A DNA stretch of 64,000 nucleotides from Symbiobacterium thermophilum IAM 14863 (GTDB taxonomy: Bacteria; Bacillota; Sulfobacillia; Symbiobacteriales; Symbiobacteriaceae): positions 2,984,595-3,048,594 of the forward strand of contig NC_006177.1 in the NCBI RefSeq assembly GCF_000009905.1, given 5' to 3'. The notes under the pieces are model-generated. The model worked only from the letters and a program-made list of their open reading frames with translations, was not told where the DNA came from and did no database searches. Below, piece by piece: positions 48,685 through 63,024 of the stretch. How positions within the stretch are numbered: position 1 is the first letter of the stretch; each line of letters starts with the position of its first letter. The position numbers and the translations under genes were made by a program.

Positions 48685-48753
48685 AGGCAGAGTGTACCAC
48701 AGAGCGCCCGCCCGCGCACAAGCCCAGGGCCCTTGGCCACCTTTGGACCCCAC

Positions 48754-49782
48754 CTAGTTGCCGGTCCGGGACGCCTCCGCCTGGCGTGCCTTGTACGCCT
48801 GCAGCCACTGCAGGGTCTCCCGGAAGGCGGCCGCGGTGTCGGTAGGCACCAGCCCCAGCTCCCGGCGGGCTTTGTCGTCGCTCATGATCCAAGGGGCGGT
48901 CCAGTTGCGGATCTCGTGGGGATGGACCAGCGAGCGCCGCCGGAAGGTCAGGCGCGCGCCGATGGTGGCCAGGCGCGCCGCGCCCATCAGCACCGGCACC
49001 GGCATCGCCCAGCGGGGGCTGCGGCCGCCGCTCACCTGCGCCAGGAGGCCGAAAAGCTGCTCCTGGGTCAGGTTGGGCCCCACCAGGTGGTACACCTCGC
49101 CCGGCCGCCCCCGCTCCATCGCCGCGACCGTGCCGCGCACCACGTCCCGCACGAAGACCAGGTTGACCACCGCCTGCCCCGACCCCAGGTAGAAGGGCAA
49201 CCGGCCGTTCTTCACCATCCAGATCAGCGTGTTCATGCCGTCGGGGTCGCCCGGACCGAAAACCGCGCTGGGCCGGACCACGACCACCTCCAGCCCCCGT
49301 TCCTGGTAAGAGAGCGCCAGCCGCTCCTGCTCCAGCTTGGTAATCCCGTAGGCATCGGGCAGGGGCGCAGCCTCGTCCTCCTCCGTGCGGGCGCGGTAGC
49401 GGCCGTTTTCGTCCTTCACCGCCGGCCCCCCGGCCGCGATGGAGGACATGTGCACCACCCGCTTCACGCCCGCGGCCGCGCAGGCGTCCAGCAACCGCCG
49501 CGTGCCCTCCACGTTGATGGCGCGCATCCGGCGAAGCGATCCCTGGAAGTTGATCCGCGAGGCCAGGTGGTAGACCCGGTCCACGCCCGCGGCCGCCCGC
49601 GCCAGGGAGGCCTCGTCCCCCAGGTCGCCCTCGGCCACCTCCAGCGCCGCGCAGAGCGGGCCGAAAACCGCTTCCGCCTTCTGCCGGGAACGAACGAGGA
49701 TCCGCACCTGCCTCCCCTGCTCCACCAGATGAGGCACCAGCTGCGAGCCGATGAAGCCGGTGGCGCCGGTTACCAGGTCCAC
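48754..49782 (-). CDS. NAD-dependent epimerase/dehydratase (extended SDR)
   Basis: GATGFIGS Rossmann motif and YxxxK region. Confidence 0.7.
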   Translation of the reverse strand: MDLVTGATGFIGSQLVPHLVEQGRQVRILVRSRQKAEAVFGPLCAALEVAEGDLGDEASLARAAAGVDRVYHLASRINFQGSLRRMRAINVEGTRRLLDACAAAGVKRVVHMSSIAAGGPAVKDENGRYRARTEEDEAAPLPDAYGITKLEQERLALSYQERGLEVVVVRPSAVFGPGDPDGMNTLIWMVKNGRLPFYLGSGQAVVNLVFVRDVVRGTVAAMERGRPGEVYHLVGPNLTQEQLFGLLAQVSGGRSPRWAMPVPVLMGAARLATIGARLTFRRRSLVHPHEIRNWTAPWIMSDDKARRELGLVPTDTAAAFRETLQWLQAYKARQAEASRTGN

Positions 49783-49856
49783 GGGCCACGCCTCCTTTCA
49801 ATCTTTACCGAAAAGATTAGACGCCCCCGCCGCAGTTCCTACGGCGGGGGGCGTCC

Positions 49857-51329
49857 TTACTTCTGCGCCTGCTCTTCGAGCGCCTGGGTCACCAGCTTCA
49901 GGGCCATCTGCGGGTTGGCCCGCCCACGGGTCCGCTTCATGATCTGGCCGACGAACCACTGGGCGGCCGACTGCTTGCCGGCCTTCCAGTCCTCGAAGAC
50001 CTTCGGGTTGGAGGCCACCACCTCCCGGGCGATGGCGAGCAGCTCGCCCTCATCGGCCACCTGGGTGAGCCCCTCTTCCTTGACGATGGTCTCGGCGTCC
50101 TTGCCCGTCTCCACCATCTTGTCGAAGACGGTCTTGGCGATCTTGCCGGTGATGGTTCCCTGCTCGATCAGCTTCAGCATGCCCACCAGCTGCTCGGGCG
50201 TGACGGGGATCTGTTCGGGGCCGAGCCCCTTCTCGTTCATCACCCGGTACAACTCGTTGATCTGCCAGTTGGCGACGGTCTTGGCCTGGCCGGCGCCGGC
50301 CAGCTCCACCGCGTGCAGGAACCACTGGGCGTACTCCCGCTCGGCGACGATGACGGAGGCGTCGTAAGCGGAGAGGCCGTACTCGGTCATCAGCCGCTGC
50401 ATGAGGGCGTCGGGCAGCTCGGGCAGGCCGGCCCGGATGCGTTCGATCTCCTCGGCCGACACCTCCAGCGGCGGCAGGTCGGGCTCGGGGAAGTAGCGGT
50501 AGTCCTCGGCGTCCTCCTTGGAGCGCAGCAGCACCGAGATGCCCTGGGCGTCGCGCCAGGAACGGGTCTCCTGCTCGGGCTGGCCGCCCTCCTCCAGGAT
50601 ACGGATATGCCGCTTCTCCTCGTACTCGATGCCCCGCATGACGGCCGAGAAGGAGTTGACGTTCTTCAGCTCCGTCCGCACGCCGTACTCGCTGGACCCC
50701 GCCGGGCGCACCGACAGGTTCACGTCGCAGCGCATGGAGCCCTCTTCCATCTTCACGTCGCTGACGCCCGAGTACTTCAGGATCGTGCGCAGCTTCTGCA
50801 GGAACAGGCCGGCCTCCTCGGCCGAGCGCAGGTCCGGTTCGGTGACGATCTCGATGAGCGGCACGCCGGCGCGGTTGAAGTCGACCAGCGAGTAATCCGC
50901 CGCCGCGACGTCGTCGCCGGCATGGAGCAGCTTCCCCGCGTCGGTCTCCAGGTGGATCCGCTTGATGCGGATGCGGCGGGTGGTACCGTCCTTCTTCGTG
51001 ATGTCCACGTAGCCGTCGTAGCACAGCGGCAGGTCGAATTGGCTGATCTGGTAGCCCGAGGGCAGATCGGCGTAGAAGTAGTTCTTCCGGTCGAACTTGG
51101 AGTGCCGCTGGATCTTGCAGTTCAGGGCCAGTCCCGCGCGGATGGTGTACTCCACGGCCTTGTAATTCAGGACCGGCAGCGCGCCGGGCAGGGCGAGGCA
51201 CACCGGGCAGACGTTGGTGTTCGGCTCGGCCCCGAACTCGTTCTTGCAACCGCACCAGATCTTGGTCTCAGTGGACAGCTCCACGTGGACCTCGAGGCCG
51301 ATAACGGTCTCCCACTTGGCGGTGGACAC
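49857..51329 (-). CDS. gatB: Asp/Glu-tRNA amidotransferase subunit B
   Basis: GatB N-terminal and C-terminal YqeY-like domains. Confidence 0.9.
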   Translation of the reverse strand: MSTAKWETVIGLEVHVELSTETKIWCGCKNEFGAEPNTNVCPVCLALPGALPVLNYKAVEYTIRAGLALNCKIQRHSKFDRKNYFYADLPSGYQISQFDLPLCYDGYVDITKKDGTTRRIRIKRIHLETDAGKLLHAGDDVAAADYSLVDFNRAGVPLIEIVTEPDLRSAEEAGLFLQKLRTILKYSGVSDVKMEEGSMRCDVNLSVRPAGSSEYGVRTELKNVNSFSAVMRGIEYEEKRHIRILEEGGQPEQETRSWRDAQGISVLLRSKEDAEDYRYFPEPDLPPLEVSAEEIERIRAGLPELPDALMQRLMTEYGLSAYDASVIVAEREYAQWFLHAVELAGAGQAKTVANWQINELYRVMNEKGLGPEQIPVTPEQLVGMLKLIEQGTITGKIAKTVFDKMVETGKDAETIVKEEGLTQVADEGELLAIAREVVASNPKVFEDWKAGKQSAAQWFVGQIMKRTRGRANPQMALKLVTQALEEQAQK

Positions 51330-51331
51330 GG

Positions 51332-52816
51332 CTACCGACCTCCTTCCTCAGTCAGGGCCGGACGGGCCTCGTGATGCTTGGTCACCTTCTGGTACGCCCA
51401 GGCGATCTGCAGGATCTGGGTGTCGGCAAAGGGCTTGCCGATCAGCTGCATCCCGACCGGCAGGCCGTCCACGAACCCGCAGGGGACGGAGACGGCCGGC
51501 AGCCCCGCCAGGTTGACCGGAATGGTGCAGATATCGCCCAGGTACATGGAGACCGGGTCGTCGACCTTCTCCCCGATCTTCCAGGCGGTGAACGGCGTGG
51601 TGGGGGTCACCAGGGCGTCGTACCGCTCAAAGGCGCGCTCGAAGTCGCGCACGACCAGGGTGCGTACCTGCTGCGCCCGCCGGTAGTAGGCGTCGTAATG
51701 GCCTGCGGAGAGGACGTAGGTGCCCAGCATGATGCGGCGCTTCACTTCCGTGCCGAAGCCCTCGCCGCGGGTCTTGCTGTACATCTCGTGCAACCCGCCG
51801 GCCTGGGCGGCGCGGTAGCCGTACCGCACGCCGTCGAACCGGGCCAGGTTTGAAGAGGCCTCGGCGACCGCGATGACGTAGTACGCCGACAGCGCGTACT
51901 CGGTGGAGGGCAGCGAGCACTCCTCCACGGTCGCGCCGAGCTCCTCCAACTGGGCAATGGCCTCCTCGACCCGGGCCTTCACACCGGGGTCGATGCCGGG
52001 GCCGAGCAGCTCCTTCGGCACGCCGAGGCGCACGCCGCTGAGGGACGGTTCGCCGCCGAACTTCAGCGCCGGCGGGGTGCGCCCGGCGTTGGTCGCGTCG
52101 CGCCGGTCGGGTCCGGCGATCACCTCGAAGAGCCGGGCCACGTCCTCCACATCGCGGCCCATCGGACCCACCTGGTCCAGCGACGAGGCGAACGCGACCA
52201 CGCCGTAGCGGCTGACGTACCCGTAGGTGGGCTTCAGCCCGACGATGCCGGTGAATGCGGCCGGCTGCCGGATGGAGCCGCCCGTGTCCGTGCCCAGGGC
52301 GAGAGGGGCCTCCCCGGCCGCGACCGCCGCGGCCGACCCGGAGGATGAGCCGCCGGGCACGCGCTCCAGGTCCCACGGGTTGCGGGTCACGCCGAACGCA
52401 GAGGATTCGCCCGAGGAGCCCATCGCGAACTCGTCCATGTTCGCCTTGCCGATGATCATCGCGCCGGCGGCACGCAGCCGCTCCACCACCGTCGCGTCGA
52501 AGGGCGAGACGTACCCCTTCAGGATGCGGGAGGCGCAGGTGGTCTCCATCCCGCTGGTGCAGATGTTATCCTTCACCGCGATCGGCACGCCGGCCAGCGG
52601 GCCCAGCTCCGTGTCGCCGGCCTTGCGGCGCGCGTCCAGCTTCTTCGCCCGCTCGATCACGTGATCGGCCGCCACCGTGATGAACGCGCCCACCGCGGGT
52701 TCAACCTGTGCGATGCGGCTCAGGGCAGATTCCGCAATTTCCACCGCCGACAGCTCCCCGGCCAGAAAGAGCCGGTTGAGCCGGGCCGCGCTCAGCATGT
52801 GCGTCATCCCAGACAT
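51332..52816 (-). CDS. gatA: Glutamyl-tRNA(Gln) amidotransferase subunit A
   Basis: Amidase signature GGSSGGSAAAVAAG. Confidence 0.9.
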   Translation of the reverse strand: MSGMTHMLSAARLNRLFLAGELSAVEIAESALSRIAQVEPAVGAFITVAADHVIERAKKLDARRKAGDTELGPLAGVPIAVKDNICTSGMETTCASRILKGYVSPFDATVVERLRAAGAMIIGKANMDEFAMGSSGESSAFGVTRNPWDLERVPGGSSSGSAAAVAAGEAPLALGTDTGGSIRQPAAFTGIVGLKPTYGYVSRYGVVAFASSLDQVGPMGRDVEDVARLFEVIAGPDRRDATNAGRTPPALKFGGEPSLSGVRLGVPKELLGPGIDPGVKARVEEAIAQLEELGATVEECSLPSTEYALSAYYVIAVAEASSNLARFDGVRYGYRAAQAGGLHEMYSKTRGEGFGTEVKRRIMLGTYVLSAGHYDAYYRRAQQVRTLVVRDFERAFERYDALVTPTTPFTAWKIGEKVDDPVSMYLGDICTIPVNLAGLPAVSVPCGFVDGLPVGMQLIGKPFADTQILQIAWAYQKVTKHHEARPALTEEGGR

Positions 52817-52819
52817 CCC

Positions 52820-53110
52820 TTAGCCCTCCGTAATCTTCGGCACCTTGTAACAGCCGGCCTCCGCCTCCGGGGCCAGCGCCAGAACCGCCTCCCGGTCCAG
52901 CGACGGCAGAGGCTTGTCCTCCCGGAAGGGGTGCTGCAAGGCGACGCCGTGGTAGGTGGGAGGCACATCCGCCACGTCCAGCCGATTGATGCGTTCCACG
53001 TGTTCGAGAATGCGGTTGAGTTGCTCCGCGAAGGTCTCGATCTCTTCCTCGGAGAGGCTCAGGCGGGCCAGCCGGGCCACGCGCTGAATCTCGTCCCGCG
53101 TTACCGCCAC
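52820..53110 (-). CDS. gatC: Asp/Glu-tRNA amidotransferase subunit C
   Basis: 96-aa GatC sequence, first gene of gatCAB. Confidence 0.85.
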   Translation of the reverse strand: MAVTRDEIQRVARLARLSLSEEEIETFAEQLNRILEHVERINRLDVADVPPTYHGVALQHPFREDKPLPSLDREAVLALAPEAEAGCYKVPKITEG

Positions 53111-53280
53111 TGTCGATCACCACCATCCCGAATTTCGGACAACTTGTTCAGCCGGAGCGTGCGCGTAACTACCTGATTCTAACACACCGCATCCCAGACA
53201 AGCAATGTCGCTGCCAGCGCCTGTACGCGCCGGATGGCCGGACCCACAGGGTCCGGCCATCGTCGGGTTGGATTCTTCCT

Positions 53281-54297
53281 CTACTTCGTCCGCATGTGGC
53301 AGGCGACCCAGTGGTCGTTGCCCACGTCCACCAGCGGCGGCTCCTCCTCCTTGCAGATGTCGCCGACCTGCGGCTGATAGCGGCACCGGGTGTGGAACCG
53401 GCAGCCCGAAGGCGGATTGACCGGCGAGGGCACGTCGCCCTCCAGCACGATCCGCTCCCGCTTCAGCGTCGGATCGGGGATCGGAATGGCGGACATCAGC
53501 GCCTCGGTGTACGGGTGCAGCGGATTGGTGTACAGCTCGTTCGCCGGCGAGATCTCCATCATCTTGCCCAGGTACATCACGCCGACCCGGTCGGAGACGT
53601 GCTTCACCACCGCCAGGCCGTGGGCGATGAACAGGTAGGTCAGCCCGAACTCCTTCTGCAGGTCCTCCAGCAGGTTGAGCACCTGCGACTGGATCGACAC
53701 GTCCAGCGCCGACACCGGCTCGTCGCAGACGATCAGCTTCGGGTTCAGCGCCAGCGCCCGGGCGATGCCGATACGCTGCCGCTGGCCGCCGGAGAACTCG
53801 TGCGGATACCGCCGGGCGTGGAACGAGGCCAGGCCCACCACGTCCAGCAGCTCGTGGACCCGCTTGGTCTTGGCCGCGCCCCGGGCCACGCCGTGGATCT
53901 CCAGCGGCTCGCCGATGATGTCGCCCACCGTCATGCGGGGGTTCAGCGAGGAGTACGGGTCCTGGAAGATGATCTGCATCTCCCGCCGGAGCTTGCGCAT
54001 CTCCTCGCGGTTCAGTTCGTAGATGTTCCTTCCCTCAAAGTAGACCTGGCCTTCCGTGGGCTCCTGCAGCCGCAGCAGAACCTTGCCCATCGTGGTCTTG
54101 CCGCAGCCGGACTCGCCCACCAGACCCAGCGTCTCACCGCGGCGGATCTGGAAGGAGACGCCGTCCACCGCCTTGGCGTAACCCACTGTGCGGGCGATGA
54201 TGCCGCCGCCGGTGACGGGGAAGTGCTTCTTCAGGTTGCGCACGTCGACCAGGACGTCGCCGGTCTGCGCCTTGGTGCCAACCGCGGTGCTCATCAC
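53281..54297 (-). CDS. Oligopeptide/dipeptide ABC transporter ATP-binding protein (OppF/DppF-like)
   Basis: Walker [10 protein letters not shown], signature LSGGQRQR, C-terminal oligopeptide-ABC extension with Cys motif. Confidence 0.8.
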   Translation of the reverse strand: MMSTAVGTKAQTGDVLVDVRNLKKHFPVTGGGIIARTVGYAKAVDGVSFQIRRGETLGLVGESGCGKTTMGKVLLRLQEPTEGQVYFEGRNIYELNREEMRKLRREMQIIFQDPYSSLNPRMTVGDIIGEPLEIHGVARGAAKTKRVHELLDVVGLASFHARRYPHEFSGGQRQRIGIARALALNPKLIVCDEPVSALDVSIQSQVLNLLEDLQKEFGLTYLFIAHGLAVVKHVSDRVGVMYLGKMMEISPANELYTNPLHPYTEALMSAIPIPDPTLKRERIVLEGDVPSPVNPPSGCRFHTRCRYQPQVGDICKEEEPPLVDVGNDHWVACHMRTK

Positions 54298-55343
54298 GCC
54301 GTGACCCCCTTCATGAGCCGTTCTTCAGCGAGGAAGCAGGCAACTTTCCGCCCGGGCGCCACCTGCTGAAGGGTGGGCTGTTCGGCCCGGCACCGGTCGG
54401 TTGCCACGGGGCACCGCGGATGGAACCGGCAGCCTTCGGGCAGGTTCAGCGGATTCGGCACCGCGCCCTCGATCACGTGCAGCTTCTCAACCTCCTGATC
54501 GAGGCGCGGGATCGACTTCAGCAGACCCTCGGTGTACGGGTGAAGGGGATTCTGGAAGAGAGCGACCGCATCGGCCTCCTCCACCACCTTGCCGGCGTAC
54601 ATGACGACCACGCGCTCGCACATCTCCGCCACGACGCCCAGGTCGTGGGTGATGAGCATGATCGCCATGCCCAGCTCCTTCTTCAGCTTCTTCATCAGCT
54701 CCAGGATCTGGGCCTGGATCGTCACGTCCAGCGCGGTGGTGGGCTCGTCCGCGATGAGCAGCTTCGGGTTGCAGGACAGCGCCATCGCGATCATGACGCG
54801 CTGCCGCATACCGCCCGACAGCTGGTGCGGATACTCCTTCACCCGCTGCTCGGGCAGCGGGATGCCAACCAGCCGCAGCATCTCGATGGCCTTCTCGATC
54901 GCTTCCTTGTGCGACAGGCCCTGATGCAGCTCGATGGCCTCGGCGATCTGATCCCCGATGGTGTAGACCGGGTTCAGCGAGGTCATCGGCTCCTGGAAGA
55001 TCATGGAGATCTCGTTCCCCCGGATCTTCCGCATCTCCGCCTCGGACTTCTTGAGCAGATCCTCACCCTCGAACAGGATCTCGCCACCCACGATCTTGCC
55101 CGGGGGATTGGGAATGAGCCTCATGATCGAGAGGGAGGTTACACTCTTCCCGCAGCCGGACTCGCCCACGACACCCAGGGTTTCACCACGGTTGATATAG
55201 AGATCCACCCCGTCAACGGCCTTTACGACGCCGTCTTCGGTGAAATAGTGGGTCTGAAGGTTTCGGATTTCGACCAGCTTCTCGCTCACAGGCTCACTCC
55301 TCTTCTCCTTCACACCTACACATGACTCCGCCCGGCGTTTCAT
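54294..55343 (-). CDS. Oligopeptide/dipeptide ABC transporter ATP-binding protein (OppD/DppD-like)
   Basis: Walker [10 protein letters not shown], signature LSGGMRQR; ATGA overlap with the downstream ATPase gene. Confidence 0.8.
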   Translation of the reverse strand: MKRRAESCVGVKEKRSEPVSEKLVEIRNLQTHYFTEDGVVKAVDGVDLYINRGETLGVVGESGCGKSVTSLSIMRLIPNPPGKIVGGEILFEGEDLLKKSEAEMRKIRGNEISMIFQEPMTSLNPVYTIGDQIAEAIELHQGLSHKEAIEKAIEMLRLVGIPLPEQRVKEYPHQLSGGMRQRVMIAMALSCNPKLLIADEPTTALDVTIQAQILELMKKLKKELGMAIMLITHDLGVVAEMCERVVVMYAGKVVEEADAVALFQNPLHPYTEGLLKSIPRLDQEVEKLHVIEGAVPNPLNLPEGCRFHPRCPVATDRCRAEQPTLQQVAPGRKVACFLAEERLMKGVTA

Positions 55344-55471
55344 GCCCGCCTCATGACAATACTCCCTTTGTGCTCATGAGACGCAGTTTCGCGCGGGTTG
55401 GTTTAGATTTTTTCGCTCAGCCTATACGCGAATCCTCCCGATTCCCCCTGCATCATCTTGGCGAGGTTTCC

Positions 55472-60036
<4,565 letters not shown>

Positions 60037-60159
60037 GATCGCGGGTCACCTACCTCACGACAGGGGGATTTCTCGCCCGCCCGCCGGTCCTCCTTCCTCC
60101 CCCTCTTTTCCGCCACTTTCGACAATGGGTTGACCCGTTCCATCATCTGGCAATAAGGG

Positions 60160-60189
60160 TTGACAGTCGGTTTCGGCTCCTGGTAAAGT
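60160..60189 (+). promoter_or_regulatory. Sigma-A type promoter of the slt gene
   Basis: TTGACA-18 nt-TAAAGT in a 236-bp AT-rich divergent intergenic region. Confidence 0.5.
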
Positions 60190-60272
60190 GGGTAGCGTTG
60201 CCAAGAACTACATGTGACACTTCTTATTATTCAGATATATTGACCGTATGAGGTCTAAAGGAGGAACCGACT

Positions 60273-60911
60273 GTGCGCCAACGACTCCGCCGGCGCGGCT
60301 TCCTCTGGGCGGCCCTGGCGCTCGGAGTGGCGGCCGTTCCCACCATGCTCGCGGCGACGGCGGCCGAGCCCGCGCAAGACGCCGAACCGGTTCTGCCCGA
60401 ACCTGAACCCGATCCGACGGCGGAGCTGCCGCCCGACCCCGCGGAGCTGGGGCGGGCCCGCCTGGAAGAGCTGGCCGCCCGCATCGAGGACCTGGCCCCG
60501 GAGGAATACCGCCCCCTGGTGGTAGAGGTCGCGGACCGGTACGGGGTCGACCCCCGGCTGATCGCGGCCGTCATCACCGTGGAGAGCCGGTGGGATCCGG
60601 ACGCCGTGGGCGCCCACGGCGAGCGCGGCCTCATGCAGATCCTGCCCTCCACCGGCCAGTGGCTGGCCGGCGTCATGGGGCTGGAGGCGTACGACCTGAG
60701 CGACCCCGCCACGTCCGTGGAGATGGGCACGTTCTACCTGTCCGCCCTCATCGCCGAGTACGGCTCGGTGGACGTCGCCCTGGCCGTGTACAACGGCGGG
60801 CCGCGCGCGGCGGCCGGCTGGGAGACCAACCCGTACCGGGAACGGGTACTGGCCGCCTACAGCTCGACCTTCCCGCGCGAGCAGCGCGAGCTGCTCGACC
60901 TCGCGTCCTGA
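60273..60911 (+). CDS. Lytic transglycosylase (SLT domain), secreted
   Basis: Signal peptide; SLT catalytic motif ESRWDPDAVGAHGERGLMQI and AYNGG; GTG after AAAGGAGGAA. Confidence 0.75.
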   Translation: MRQRLRRRGFLWAALALGVAAVPTMLAATAAEPAQDAEPVLPEPEPDPTAELPPDPAELGRARLEELAARIEDLAPEEYRPLVVEVADRYGVDPRLIAAVITVESRWDPDAVGAHGERGLMQILPSTGQWLAGVMGLEAYDLSDPATSVEMGTFYLSALIAEYGSVDVALAVYNGGPRAAAGWETNPYRERVLAAYSSTFPREQRELLDLAS

Positions 60912-60962
60912 TCGGGCGCGCGCTTGCCCCCGGCCGCCTGTGCGACCGGGGGCCGCTGTCTG

Positions 60963-61460
60963 TCATTGACCGCCGCCACCGCCGCCCTGCTGGCCTCCGC
61001 TCTGACCGCCACCCTGTCCACCACCCTGTCCACCGCCCTGGCCGCCGCCCTGTCCGCCGCCCCGGCGGGAGTCTTGGGTTCCCTTGGACAGGATGTCCTG
61101 CAGCGTCTCACGGATCGCCTGCTGCAGCTGTTGCTGGACGATGGGGTCCTCCAGCATCTCCGCCAGCTTCTGCTGAATCAGCTGCTCGCCGGTCGGCGAG
61201 CCCATGACTTCCTTCACGGCATCGGTCAGCGCGTCCTTGCCCTCCTGCGTGTCGAGGGCCATCTCAAGGATCTCCACGCCGGCCTGCTCCTTGACCTGAA
61301 GACGGATGTAGTCCTTCATCTCCGGCTCGCTCAGGCTCTCCCTGACGGCCTTCCGTACCTGCTCCGAACTGGGTTCCGGCGACTGCTGCGGCTGCTGCTG
61401 CGCCATGCACCCGGAAAGGAGCAGGGCGCAGAACGCCATGGCTGCCCACCGTGCTCGCAC
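60963..61460 (-). CDS. Lipoprotein with C-terminal (GGGQ)n tail
   Basis: GTG start (MRARWAAMAFCALLLSGC lipobox) after GGAGGGGGA; helical Gln/Glu-rich middle; C-terminal GGGQ repeats. Confidence 0.55.
   Translation of the reverse strand: MRARWAAMAFCALLLSGCMAQQQPQQSPEPSSEQVRKAVRESLSEPEMKDYIRLQVKEQAGVEILEMALDTQEGKDALTDAVKEVMGSPTGEQLIQQKLAEMLEDPIVQQQLQQAIRETLQDILSKGTQDSRRGGGQGGGQGGGQGGGQGGGQSGGQQGGGGGGQ
60966..61070 (-). repeat. 12-nt periodic tandem repeat encoding (GGGQ)n
   Basis: Visible GGCGG(A/T)CAGGG(C/T) periodicity at the 3' end of the lipoprotein gene. Confidence 0.6.
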
Positions 61461-61569
61461 CGTACGCAATCCCCCTCCAACTGGCCATCGCACGGGTTTG
61501 CCTTTAGCGTTCACCAGCGGAAGGGCGTTGATTCGGAGCGCGTCCGGAGCGGGCGGGCGACGCGGAGCA

Positions 61570-61615
61570 GAAGCGACGGTGGGCCGTGCACCTGCACGGC
61601 CCACCGTCGCTTCTG
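61570..61615. other. 46-nt near-perfect palindrome (22-bp stem)
   Basis: AGAAGCGACGGTGGGCCGTGCA-cc-TGCACGGCCCACCGTCGCTTCT immediately 3' of tRNA-Ser copy 1 and upstream of the lipoprotein gene; no clear U-tract. Confidence 0.5.
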
Positions 61616-61620
61616 TCGTC

Positions 61621-61711
61621 TGGCGGAGAGAGAGGGATTCGAACCCTCGCGGGGCTTGCGCCCCCTACAGCTTTAGCAAAGCCGCCCCTTCAACCACTTG
61701 GGTATCTCTCC
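61621..61711 (-). tRNA. tRNA-Ser (anticodon GCT), class II, CCA encoded
   Basis: Manual fold: 7-bp acceptor stem, 3-bp D-stem, anticodon loop TTGCTAA, long variable arm, T-loop TTCGAAT, 3' CCA. Confidence 0.8.
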
Positions 61712-61743
61712 GCGGCGGAATGCTTCCGCCGCCCGATGGGCGG

Positions 61744-61772
61744 CGCAAAAGATAATATACCATGTCCGTGCC
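61744..61772 (-). promoter_or_regulatory. Promoter of tRNA-Ser copy 1
   Basis: Minus strand TTGCAT-17 nt-TATATT; two leader hairpins precede the mature 5' end. Confidence 0.55.
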
Positions 61773-61818
61773 CGTCATGCAACCTGGTGGCAGAATGCGG
61801 CAGACCGCCGGGCAGGAA

Positions 61819-61848
61819 TGAGAAAAGCCGTGCTCGCACGAGCACGGC
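61819..61848 (-). terminator. Intrinsic terminator after tRNA-Ser copy 2
   Basis: Minus strand GCCGTGCTCG-tg-CGAGCACGGC followed by TTTTCT. Confidence 0.65.
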
Positions 61849-61851
61849 CGC

Positions 61852-61942
61852 TGGCGGAGAGAGAGGGATTTGAACCCTCGCGGGGCTTGCGCCCCCTACA
61901 GCTTTAGCAAAGCCGCCCCTTCAGCCACTTGGGTATCTCTCC
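61852..61942 (-). tRNA. tRNA-Ser (anticodon GCT), second tandem copy
   Basis: Differs from copy 1 at two positions (T-loop TTCAAAT, one variable-arm base). Confidence 0.8.
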
Positions 61943-61984
61943 GCGAGGGATTGCATCCGCCGCCGCAGCGGCAGCGCAAGTGAT

Positions 61985-62013
61985 ACTATATCATGTCTGC
62001 GCGTTCTGTGCAA
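61985..62013 (-). promoter_or_regulatory. Promoter of tRNA-Ser copy 2
   Basis: Minus strand TTGCAC-17 nt-TGaTATAGT (extended -10). Confidence 0.55.
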
Positions 62014-62067
62014 CAGGGATTCCTTGTACAAGCGACGATCGCACGCGCGGTGCGGCGCGTCTCTCCG

Positions 62068-63024
62068 CTATCTGTGCGTGAAGACGAAGGTAAAGTAGCT
62101 GGTCGTCTCGATCAGGTCGTCGCGCAGGATCGCGCCGGAGTTGGTGTGCCCGAGCACGGTGGGGCCGTCGGCGCCCGCGGCCGCCATCGCGGTCAGCAGC
62201 ACGGCCACGGACCCCGGCGAGTCCAGGTGTTCAGGGCCCATCTGCAGCAGCCGGTCCAGGTCGCCGGCGGTGATCGTCGCCAGGGTCTCCCGGTCCATCG
62301 CCTCGGCCTCAGGGCGGGTGAGGTAATGGGAAAAGTCGACGGAGGCGACCAGGATCCGGCCGGGGCCCAGCTCCGCCGCCAGCGCGCCGGCCAGCCGCTC
62401 CAGGTCTGCGCGGGAGAGGCCGCGGTGCAGGATCAGCGGCACGACCCGCGCCTCCGGTGCGTGGAACTTAATGTAGGGCATCAGCGTGCCCATGGCGTGC
62501 TCCCGCGCAAGCACGTCCTCTTCCACCGCGGCGAGGCCGAGGCCCACGAGGGCGTCCACCGCGCCCGGGTCCACCTCCACCAGCCCGAAGTCGGTCTGCC
62601 ACGGGCGCCGGCCCGTGATGACCGGGGGCCCGGCCGCCTCGTGGTTCGGCCCCACCAGGAAGATGACCTCCGGCGGATCTTCCTCCAGCAGCAGGAAGAA
62701 CCCGGACAGCAGTTCCGCAGCCAGGTCGTGGTGCGGCACCAGCCCGCCGGCCAGACGGCCCGCAGCGGAGGCGGTCACGGGGCCGGCGCCGGATGCCGAC
62801 CGCCGTGCCGCCTCCAGACCCTGGTAGAACAGCGTGGGGTTGAAAAAGGCGTTGGGATGGGCCCGTTGAGTGGCTGCCCTTCCGGCGCCGGTAGGGGGCG
62901 TCGTATCCACCGCTGCGCGGGGCGCCGCGCCCTTTCCGACCACACCGGCGGCCAGGGCCGCCGCGCACACCGCCGCCACCGCGGCCAACCGCCACCGCCG
63001 CCCGACGTGCCTCTCGCCTACCAT
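62068..63024 (-). CDS. MEMO1-family protein (AmmeMemoRadiSam system protein B-like)
   Basis: N-terminal signal/TM, then HHDLAAELLS...FLVGPNH...MPYIKFH...SVDFSHY motifs. Confidence 0.6.
   Translation of the reverse strand: MVGERHVGRRWRLAAVAAVCAAALAAGVVGKGAAPRAAVDTTPPTGAGRAATQRAHPNAFFNPTLFYQGLEAARRSASGAGPVTASAAGRLAGGLVPHHDLAAELLSGFFLLLEEDPPEVIFLVGPNHEAAGPPVITGRRPWQTDFGLVEVDPGAVDALVGLGLAAVEEDVLAREHAMGTLMPYIKFHAPEARVVPLILHRGLSRADLERLAGALAAELGPGRILVASVDFSHYLTRPEAEAMDRETLATITAGDLDRLLQMGPEHLDSPGSVAVLLTAMAAAGADGPTVLGHTNSGAILRDDLIETTSYFTFVFTHR

Noticed and set aside
47335-50367. 1010-aa plus-strand ORF
   Set aside because: Antisense to rlmD, the epimerase and gatB; purely a product of stop-codon-poor GC-rich sequence.
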